Below are positions 35,186-41,788 of a DNA stretch of 41,788 nucleotides, in pieces; the stretch's first letter is position 1; the number at the start of each line of letters is the position of its first letter. Below the pieces are notes generated by a model. It worked only from the letters and a program-made list of their open reading frames with translations, made no database searches and was not told the origin of the DNA. The stretch covers positions 1 through 41,788 of the forward strand of contig DASQBO010000129.1 of NCBI GenBank assembly GCA_035635175.1, in the 5' to 3' direction. Source of the DNA: Casimicrobiaceae bacterium (GTDB taxonomy: Bacteria; Pseudomonadota; Gammaproteobacteria; Burkholderiales; Casimicrobiaceae). Both the position numbers and the translations under genes were made by a program.

Positions 35186-36495
35186 GCGCGCTCTCGCTCC
35201 GCCGCCTCGACGCGCGGGCGCCGGGCTTCGAGCGCGACTTCGCCGCGCTGACCGCATTCGAGGCCGCGCAGGATCCGTCCGTCGACGCCGCGGTCGCGTC
35301 GATCGTCGCCGACGTGCGCGCGCGCGGGGACGCGGCGCTCGTCGAGTACACGGCGCGGTTCGACCGCCTGCGCGTCACGAGCGCGGCCGAGCTCGAGATC
35401 GCGCCGGCCGCGATGCGCGCCGCGTTCGGCGCGTTGCCCGCCGCCGAGCGCGGAGCGCTCGAGACGGCGGCGGCGCGCATCCGCGCCTACCACGAGCGGC
35501 AGAAGATGACATCGTGGAGCTATCGCGAAGCCGACGGCAGCGAGCTCGGGGCGCAGGTGACGCCGCTCGACCGTGTCGGCGTCTACGTGCCCGGCGGCAA
35601 GGCGGCGTATCCGTCTTCGGTGCTGATGAACGTCGTGCCGGCGCACGTCGCGGGCGTCGCGGAGATCGTGATGGTCGTGCCGACGCCCGACGGCGCGCGC
35701 AATCCGCTGGTGCTCGCCGCCGCGCATCTCGCGGGCGTGACGCGCGCGTTCGCGATCGGCGGCGCGCAGGCCGTCGCGGCGCTCGCCTACGGCACGGCGA
35801 CGGTGCCCGCCGTCGACAAGATCTGCGGCCCCGGAAACGCGTACGTCGCCGCGGCTAAGCGCCGGGTGTTCGGCGCGGTCGGCATCGACATGGTCGCGGG
35901 CGCCTCCGAGATCCTGGTGATCGCCGACGCGAGCGCGAATCCCGACTGGGTCGCGATGGACCTCTTCTCGCAGGCGGAGCACGACGAGCTCGCGCAGGCG
36001 CTGCTCGTCACGCCGGATCTCGCCATCCTCGACGCGGTGGCCGCGAGCGCGGAACGGCTGATCGCGACGATGCCGCGGCGCGCGATCATCGCGGCGTCGC
36101 TCGCGAACCGCGGCGCGCTGATCGCGGTCCGCGACCTCGACGAGGCGTGCGCGATCGCGAACCGCGTCGCCCCCGAGCATCTCGAGCTGGCCGTCGCCGA
36201 TCCCGCGGCGCTGCTGCCGAAGATCCGGCACGCGGGCGCGATCTTCATGGGCCACCACGCGTCGGAGTCGCTCGGCGATTACTGCGCCGGGCCCAACCAC
36301 GTGCTGCCGACGGGCCGCACCGCGCGCTTCTCGTCGCCGCTCGGCGTCTACGACTTCCAGAAGCGCTCGTCGCTGCTCCGGCTCTCGGCCGCCGCGGCGC
36401 GCACGCTCGGCCCGGTCGCGGCGACGCTCGCACGCGGCGAAGGGCTCGTCGCGCACGCGCGGAGCGCCGAGCTCCGCTACGAGCCGGAGCGCTGA
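35182..36495 (+). CDS. hisD: histidinol dehydrogenase HisD
   Basis: 437 aa. [28 protein letters not shown] and [13 protein letters not shown] motifs. ATGA overlap with hisG. Confidence 0.95.
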   Translation: MSALSLRRLDARAPGFERDFAALTAFEAAQDPSVDAAVASIVADVRARGDAALVEYTARFDRLRVTSAAELEIAPAAMRAAFGALPAAERGALETAAARIRAYHERQKMTSWSYREADGSELGAQVTPLDRVGVYVPGGKAAYPSSVLMNVVPAHVAGVAEIVMVVPTPDGARNPLVLAAAHLAGVTRAFAIGGAQAVAALAYGTATVPAVDKICGPGNAYVAAAKRRVFGAVGIDMVAGASEILVIADASANPDWVAMDLFSQAEHDELAQALLVTPDLAILDAVAASAERLIATMPRRAIIAASLANRGALIAVRDLDEACAIANRVAPEHLELAVADPAALLPKIRHAGAIFMGHHASESLGDYCAGPNHVLPTGRTARFSSPLGVYDFQKRSSLLRLSAAAARTLGPVAATLARGEGLVAHARSAELRYEPER

Positions 36496-36496
36496 C

Positions 36497-37606
36497 GTGA
36501 ACCGGCGTCTCGACGGCACCGAGCCCGCGAAGACGGCGGCGGGGCTCGTCGAATCCACGGTCCGGCCCGAGATTCGCGCGCTCGCGAAATACGCGGTCGC
36601 CAAGGCCGGCGGCATGATCAAGCTCGACGCGATGGAGTCGCCGTTCGAGCTGCCGGCCCCCGTCCGGTCGAAGGTCGCGGCGGCGGTGGCCGGGGCGCCG
36701 GTCAACCGGTATCCGGACGGTGGCGCCGACGCGCTCAAGGCGGCGCTCGTCGAAGCGTTCGCACTGCCAGGGCCGGAGCGCGTGATCCTCGGCAACGGCT
36801 CGGACGAGCTGATCCAGATCGTCACCACGGCGCTCGCGCGTCCGGGCGCGGCCGTGGTCGCGCCCGAGCCGTCGTTCGAGATGTACCGGATCGACGCGCT
36901 CTTCGCCGGGATGCGCTACGCCGGCGTGCCGCTCCGCGCGGATTTCGCGCTCGACGCCGACGCGATGGAGGCCGCGATCGCGCGCGAGCGTCCCGCGCTC
37001 GTCTGGCTCGCGTACCCAAACAACCCGACGGGCAATCTCTTCGAGGTGGCCGCCGTCGAGCGCGTGCTCCGCGCCGCCCCCGGCCTCGTCGTCGTCGACG
37101 AGGCGTATCACGCGTTCGCGGGCGCGAGCTTTCTGCCGCGGCTCGCGGAGTTCCCGAACCTGCTCGTGCTGCGCACCGTGTCGAAGATCGGGATGGCAGG
37201 ACTGCGGCTCGGCTACGCTGCGGCAGCGTCCGAATGGATCGCCGAGCTCGACAAGGTGCGGCCGCCGTATAATCTCAACGCGCTCACGCAGGCGGTGGCG
37301 CCGGTGCTCCTCGCCGAGCGCGGGATGCTCGACGAGTGGGCCGCGACGCTTCGGGGCGAGCGCGCGCGGCTCGAGGCCGCGCTCGCGCGCCTGCCGGGCG
37401 TGACGGTGTTCCCGTCGCGGACGAACTTCGTGCTGGTGCGGGTTCCCGACGCGCCGCGCCGCTTCGAGGCGCTGCGTGCCGCGGGCATTCTCGTCAAGAG
37501 CCGGCACGGCGTGCACCCGCTGCTCGAGCACTGCCTGCGCATCACCGTGGGAGCCCCGGCCGAGAACGACGCGCTGCTCGCGGCGTTTGCCGCCGCCGAC
37601 CGATGA
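36497..37606 (+). CDS. hisC: histidinol-phosphate aminotransferase HisC
   Basis: Class-II aminotransferase with a PLP-Lys region ([16 protein letters not shown]). GTG start 1 nt after the hisD stop. Confidence 0.92.
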   Translation: MNRRLDGTEPAKTAAGLVESTVRPEIRALAKYAVAKAGGMIKLDAMESPFELPAPVRSKVAAAVAGAPVNRYPDGGADALKAALVEAFALPGPERVILGNGSDELIQIVTTALARPGAAVVAPEPSFEMYRIDALFAGMRYAGVPLRADFALDADAMEAAIARERPALVWLAYPNNPTGNLFEVAAVERVLRAAPGLVVVDEAYHAFAGASFLPRLAEFPNLLVLRTVSKIGMAGLRLGYAAAASEWIAELDKVRPPYNLNALTQAVAPVLLAERGMLDEWAATLRGERARLEAALARLPGVTVFPSRTNFVLVRVPDAPRRFEALRAAGILVKSRHGVHPLLEHCLRITVGAPAENDALLAAFAAADR

Positions 37607-38205
37607 ACACGACACGCCCCCGCACCGCGAAGGTCGAACGCAGCACGCGCGAGACGCGGATCGCGGTGACCGTCGACCTCGACGGCACCGGCCGCGCGCA
37701 GGTCGCGACGGGCGTGCCGTTCCTCGACCACATGCTGGATCAGCTCGCGCGCCACGGGCTCGTCGACCTCACGGTGGAGGCGAAGGGCGATCTGCACATC
37801 GACGCGCATCACACGGTCGAGGACATCGGGATCACGCTCGGGCAGGCCGTCCGCGAGGCGCTCGGCGACAAGGCCGGCCTCACGCGCTTCGGGCACGCGT
37901 ACGCGCCGCTCGACGAGGCGCTCTCGCGCGTGGTCATCGACCTGTCGGGCCGTCCGGGACTCGAGTTCCACGTGCCGTTCGCGCGGGCGATGATCGGCGC
38001 ATTCGACGTCGACCTCGCGCACGAGTTCTTCCAGGGCTTCGTCAACCACGCGCAGGTCACGCTCCACGTCGACAACCTGCGCGGCCAGAACGCGCACCAC
38101 CAGGCCGAGACCGTTTTCAAGGCGTTTGCCCGGGCCCTGCGCATGGCCATGGCGCCCGACCCGCGCGCGGGCGGCGCCATTCCGTCGACCAAGGGCACCT
38201 TGTAG
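37603..38205 (+). CDS. hisB: imidazoleglycerol-phosphate dehydratase HisB (monofunctional)
   Basis: ATG at 37603 (ATGA overlap). [61 protein letters not shown]. Confidence 0.95.
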   Translation: MNTTRPRTAKVERSTRETRIAVTVDLDGTGRAQVATGVPFLDHMLDQLARHGLVDLTVEAKGDLHIDAHHTVEDIGITLGQAVREALGDKAGLTRFGHAYAPLDEALSRVVIDLSGRPGLEFHVPFARAMIGAFDVDLAHEFFQGFVNHAQVTLHVDNLRGQNAHHQAETVFKAFARALRMAMAPDPRAGGAIPSTKGTL

Positions 38206-38276
38206 GAATTTCCTGGCGGGCTCCGGCCGCGAGCCGATTGCCCTTCCGCGCAGGCGCACCCCGATCCGCTTCCCCG

Positions 38277-38918
38277 ATGGACATCGCCGTCGTCGACTAC
38301 GGGATGGGCAACCTGCGCTCGGTCGCGAAGGCGCTCGTCCGCATCGCGCCCGATCTCGATATCGGCGTCACCGCCGATCCGGACGAGATCGGACGGGCGG
38401 AACGGGTCGTGCTTCCCGGCCAGAGCGCGATGCCCGACTGCATCCGCTGCCTCGACGCGAGCGGGCTGCGCGCCGCGGTGCTCGACGCTGCGCGCACCCG
38501 ACCCTTCCTTGGCATCTGCCTCGGACTCCAGATGCTGTTCGAGGCGAGCGAGGAGGGGCCGACGCCGGGCCTCGCGGTCCTGCCGGGGCGCGTCGTGCGC
38601 TTTCGCGACGGCGCGATGACGCTGCCCTCCGGCGAGCGCCTCAAGGTGCCGCACATGGGCTGGAGCCCCGTGCGGCAGGTGCGCGCGCATCCGCTGTGGG
38701 CCGGGATTGCCGACGGCGAGCGCTTCTACTTCGCGCACAGCTACCATCCGGTGCCCGCCGACCCCTCGCTGACCGCGGGAACGTCGGACTACCCGGCGCC
38801 GTTTACTTGCGCCGTTGCCCGGGCTAATATCTTCGCGACGCAATTCCATCCGGAAAAAAGCCACCGCGCCGGATTGCAGCTGCTCGCCAACTTCGTCGCC
38901 TGGGACGGGCGCAGCTGA
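38277..38918 (+). CDS. hisH: imidazole glycerol phosphate synthase glutamine amidotransferase subunit HisH
   Basis: [16 protein letters not shown], catalytic GICLGLQML, and FAHSYH...QFHPEKS. Confidence 0.94.
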   Translation: MDIAVVDYGMGNLRSVAKALVRIAPDLDIGVTADPDEIGRAERVVLPGQSAMPDCIRCLDASGLRAAVLDAARTRPFLGICLGLQMLFEASEEGPTPGLAVLPGRVVRFRDGAMTLPSGERLKVPHMGWSPVRQVRAHPLWAGIADGERFYFAHSYHPVPADPSLTAGTSDYPAPFTCAVARANIFATQFHPEKSHRAGLQLLANFVAWDGRS

Positions 38919-38997
38919 GCTCGTTCCGTCTCGACTCCGGCTCCTCATCCCGCCCGCCGCGCGCCGCCGCGACCCGCCGCTCCCGCCGTCACCCGCC

Positions 38998-39729
38998 ATG
39001 CAGATCATTCCCGCGATCGACATCAAGGACGGGCACTGCGTGCGGTTGAAGCAGGGCGAGATGCACTCGGCGACCGTCTTCTCCGAGGATCCGGCCGCGA
39101 TGGCGCAGCACTGGCTGGAGCAGGGCGCGAAGCGCCTGCACCTCGTCGACCTGAACGGCGCCATCGCGGGCGTGCCGAAGAACGAGCTCGCGATCCGCGA
39201 GATCGTCAGCGTGATAGGCGAGGAGATCCCGGTGCAGCTCGGCGGCGGCATCCGCGACCTCGACACGATCGAGCGCTATCTCGACGACGGCATCACGTAC
39301 GTCATCATCGGCACCGCCGCGGTCAAGAACCCGGGCTTCCTGCACGACGCGTGCTACGCGTTTCCGGGCCACATCATCGTCGGGCTCGACGCGCGCGACG
39401 GCAAGGTCGCGACCGACGGCTGGTCCAAGATGACGGGCCACGACGTGATCGACCTCGCGAAGAAGTTCCAGGACTACGGCGTCGAGGCGGTCATCTACAC
39501 CGACATCGGGCGCGACGGCATGCTGACCGGCGTCAACGTCGAGGCCACGGTGCGGCTCGCGCGCGAGCTCAAGGTGCCGGTGATCGCGTCGGGCGGCATC
39601 GCGTCGCTCGCCGACATCGAGCAGCTCCTGCCCTACGAGAAGGAAGGCATCATCGGCGCGATCGCAGGCCGCGCGCTCTACGAAGGCAAGCTCGAGTTCA
39701 AGGCCGCGCTCAAGGCCGCGAAGGGCTGA
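38998..39729 (+). CDS. hisA: 1-(5-phosphoribosyl)-5-[(5-phosphoribosylamino)methylideneamino]imidazole-4-carboxamide isomerase HisA
   Basis: [37 protein letters not shown] and IASGGI motifs. Confidence 0.94.
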   Translation: MQIIPAIDIKDGHCVRLKQGEMHSATVFSEDPAAMAQHWLEQGAKRLHLVDLNGAIAGVPKNELAIREIVSVIGEEIPVQLGGGIRDLDTIERYLDDGITYVIIGTAAVKNPGFLHDACYAFPGHIIVGLDARDGKVATDGWSKMTGHDVIDLAKKFQDYGVEAVIYTDIGRDGMLTGVNVEATVRLARELKVPVIASGGIASLADIEQLLPYEKEGIIGAIAGRALYEGKLEFKAALKAAKG

Positions 39730-39778
39730 GCGCCGCTTCCGACCCGGGGCGGCGCCGGCGCTTGCGCGATAATGGCGC

Positions 39779-40540
39779 ATGGGCCTCGCCAAGCGGATCA
39801 TCCCCTGCCTCGACGTCGCGGAGGGCCGCGTCGTCAAGGGCATCAACTTCGTCAACCTGCGCGACGCCGGCGACCCGGTCGAGGTCGCGCGCCGCTACGA
39901 CGAGCAGGGAGCCGACGAGCTCGCGTTCCTCGACATCCGCGCGAGCGTCGAGACGCGCGGGCTCCTCTACCACATGATCGAGGCGGTCGCCGACGAGGTC
40001 TTCATCCCGCTGACGGTGGGCGGCGGCGTCAGCTCGGTCGACGACGTCCGCGCGCTCCTGAACGCGGGCGCCGACAAGGTCAGCATCAACACGGCCGCCG
40101 TGCGCAACCCCGCTTTCGTGGAGGAAGCGTCGGCACGCTTCGGCGCGCAGTGCATCGTCGCGGCGATCGACGCGAAGCAACTCGCGCCGGAGGCGTGGCA
40201 GGTCTACACGCACGGCGGCCGGACGCCTGCGGGAATGGACGCCGTCGAATGGGCGCGCGAGCTCGTCGGCCGCGGCGCGGGCGAGATCCTGCTCACGAGC
40301 ATGGATCGGGACGGTGCGCGCACGGGCTTCGACCTGGCGCTCACGCGCGCCGTCGTCGATGCGGTCGACGTGCCGGTGATCGCTTCGGGCGGCGTCGGCT
40401 CGCTCGAGGACCTGGTGGCCGGAGTGCTCCAGGGTGGCGCGGACGCGGTGCTCGCCGCGTCGATCTTCCACTACGGCGAGTTCACGATCGCGCAGGCGAA
40501 GGCGGCGATGGCCGCCGCCGGCATAGAGGTACGGACGTAA
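39779..40540 (+). CDS. hisF: imidazole glycerol phosphate synthase cyclase subunit HisF
   Basis: [36 protein letters not shown] and VIASGGVG motifs. Confidence 0.95.
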   Translation: MGLAKRIIPCLDVAEGRVVKGINFVNLRDAGDPVEVARRYDEQGADELAFLDIRASVETRGLLYHMIEAVADEVFIPLTVGGGVSSVDDVRALLNAGADKVSINTAAVRNPAFVEEASARFGAQCIVAAIDAKQLAPEAWQVYTHGGRTPAGMDAVEWARELVGRGAGEILLTSMDRDGARTGFDLALTRAVVDAVDVPVIASGGVGSLEDLVAGVLQGGADAVLAASIFHYGEFTIAQAKAAMAAAGIEVRT

Positions 40541-40577
40541 GCGGCGAGCCGGGGTTCCGGCGACGTGGAGGCGGCCG

Positions 40578-40967
40578 ATGAAGCAGTGGCTCGATGCGGT
40601 GAAGTGGCAGGCCGACGGCCTCGTGCCGGCGATCGCGCAGGACGCGGCGACCGGCAAGGTGCTGACGCTCGCATGGATGAATCGCGAGGCGCTCGCGCTG
40701 ACCGCGCGCACGCGCGAGGTCCACTACTGGTCGCGCTCGCGCGCGAAGCTCTGGCGCAAGGGGGAGCAGTCGGGCCACGTCCAGCGCGTGCGCGAGATCA
40801 GGCTCGACTGCGACGACGATGCGATCCTCGTGGTCGTCGAGCAGGTCGGCGGCATCGCCTGCCATACGGGACGCGAGATCTGCTTCTTCCGCCGGCTTTC
40901 CGGCGAGGACTGGGAGACGGTCGAGCCCGTCCGCAAGGACCCGGAGGCGATCTATGGCGCGCGCTGA
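40578..40967 (+). CDS. hisI: phosphoribosyl-AMP cyclohydrolase HisI
   Basis: [26 protein letters not shown]..., [18 protein letters not shown] and [21 protein letters not shown]. Confidence 0.93.
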   Translation: MKQWLDAVKWQADGLVPAIAQDAATGKVLTLAWMNREALALTARTREVHYWSRSRAKLWRKGEQSGHVQRVREIRLDCDDDAILVVVEQVGGIACHTGREICFFRRLSGEDWETVEPVRKDPEAIYGAR

Positions 40968-41295
40968 GGCGGGCGAGACGGGCGACGTCCTCGACCGGGT
41001 CGCCGCGACGATCGCGGCGCGTCGCGGCGCCGACCCGGCCACTTCGTACGTCGCGGCGCTCCTCGCGAAGGGCGACGACGCGATCCTGAAGAAGATCGGC
41101 GAGGAGGCGACCGAGGCGGTCTTGGCCGCGAAGGACGGTGATAAACTGCGCATCGTCGCGGAGGTCGCGGACCTCTGGTTCCACTGCCTCGTGCTGCTCG
41201 CGTCCCGCGGCCTCGGCCCGGCGGACGTCCGCGCGGAGCTCGCGCGGCGCGAAGGCACGTCGGGCATCGCCGAGAAGGCCGCGCGCCGCCGTTGA
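40954..41295 (+). CDS. hisE: phosphoribosyl-ATP pyrophosphatase HisE
   Basis: Internal ATG of ORF 40819..41295, overlapping hisI by 14 nt. [24 protein letters not shown] and [13 protein letters not shown] motifs. Confidence 0.9.
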   Translation: MARAEAGETGDVLDRVAATIAARRGADPATSYVAALLAKGDDAILKKIGEEATEAVLAAKDGDKLRIVAEVADLWFHCLVLLASRGLGPADVRAELARREGTSGIAEKAARRR

Positions 41296-41300
41296 GCGCC

Positions 41301-41666
41301 ATGGTCGGAGAATCGAGCGTGCAGGACTGCATCTTCTGCAGGATCGTGCGGGGCGAGATCCCCTCGAAGAAGGTCTACGAGGACGACCTCGTGCTCGCGT
41401 TTCACGACGTGCGGCCGCAGGCGCCGGTTCACTTCATGCTGGTGCCGAAGCGGCACATCTCGTCGCTCGCCGAGGTCACTCCCGACGACGCGCCGGTGCT
41501 CGGGCGGATGCTGAGCCTGGCCGGCCGCCTCGCGCGCGAGCAGGGCTCCCCGGACGGCTTCCGCACGATCGTCAACACCGGCCGCGTCGGCCGCCAGGAC
41601 GTGATGCACGTCCACATTCACGTCATTGGCGGGCCGGACCCGCTGGGACCGATGCTGCCGCGGTAA
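41301..41666 (+). CDS. histidine triad (HIT) family nucleotide-binding protein
   Basis: CIFCRIVRGEIPSKKVYEDD... and the HIT motif HVHIHVIGG. The ORF-track TTG at 41292 is an alternative start. Confidence 0.9.
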   Translation: MVGESSVQDCIFCRIVRGEIPSKKVYEDDLVLAFHDVRPQAPVHFMLVPKRHISSLAEVTPDDAPVLGRMLSLAGRLAREQGSPDGFRTIVNTGRVGRQDVMHVHIHVIGGPDPLGPMLPR

Positions 41667-41690
41667 CGGACACGCAACAAGGAGATCGTC

Positions 41691-41788
41691 ATGGGTGGTT
41701 TGAGCATCTGGCACTGGCTGATCGTCCTCCTGGTCGTCGTGCTGATCTTCGGCACGAAGAAGCTGCGCAACATCGGACAGGACCTGGG
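41691..41788 (+). CDS. tatA: Sec-independent protein translocase TatA (3' end cut by window edge)
   Basis: Hand translation [32 protein letters not shown] is the TatA/E signature, with AAGGAGA 6 nt upstream. Follows his-HIT, as I recall for Burkholderiales. Confidence 0.9.
   Translation, partial: MGGLSIWHWLIVLLVVVLIFGTKKLRNIGQDL

Overview
41.8-kb, very GC-rich (roughly 70% by eye) chromosomal segment of a proteobacterium. The gene order looks betaproteobacterial/Burkholderiales-like: kdsDC-lptCAB-rpoN-hpf-ptsN-hprK-rapZ, mlaFEDACB-ABC2-bolA-murA, and hisGDCBHAFIE-HIT-tatA with separate hisI/hisE and monofunctional hisB. I call 55 CDS, almost all housekeeping and tightly packed, with many ATGA/GTGA start-stop overlaps. 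The minus-strand clusters are yebC-ruvC-(HAD)-ruvA-(DUF4442-like)-ruvB-ybgC-tolQRA and the LPS/sigma-54/PTS-Ntr cluster. The plus-strand clusters are a CPA2 antiporter, the Mla operon and the his operon. I saw no rRNA, tRNA, CRISPR array, transposase, integrase or phage genes. Two things are not explained by housekeeping. (1) A roughly 5.7-kb block lies between murA and hisG, which I expect to be adjacent in Burkholderiales. It carries queF, an SDR, an orphan 108-aa ORF, a class III cyclase-TPR protein translationally coupled to a lipoprotein, and an OsmC-like gene. (2) There is a set of structured GC-rich intergenic repeats. Two are related MITE-like elements (270 and 286 bp) with terminal inverted repeats, each ending 2-5 nt from the start codon of a gene. 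One is a 116-bp composite tandem array filling the gap between two convergent genes. One is a repeat-like 378-bp spacer inside ptsN-hprK-rapZ. I found no convincing multi-gene novel system such as a defence or secretion system. The repeat family and the cyclase-lipoprotein pair are the best candidates. All product calls rest on motif recognition in the supplied translations; no database search was possible.
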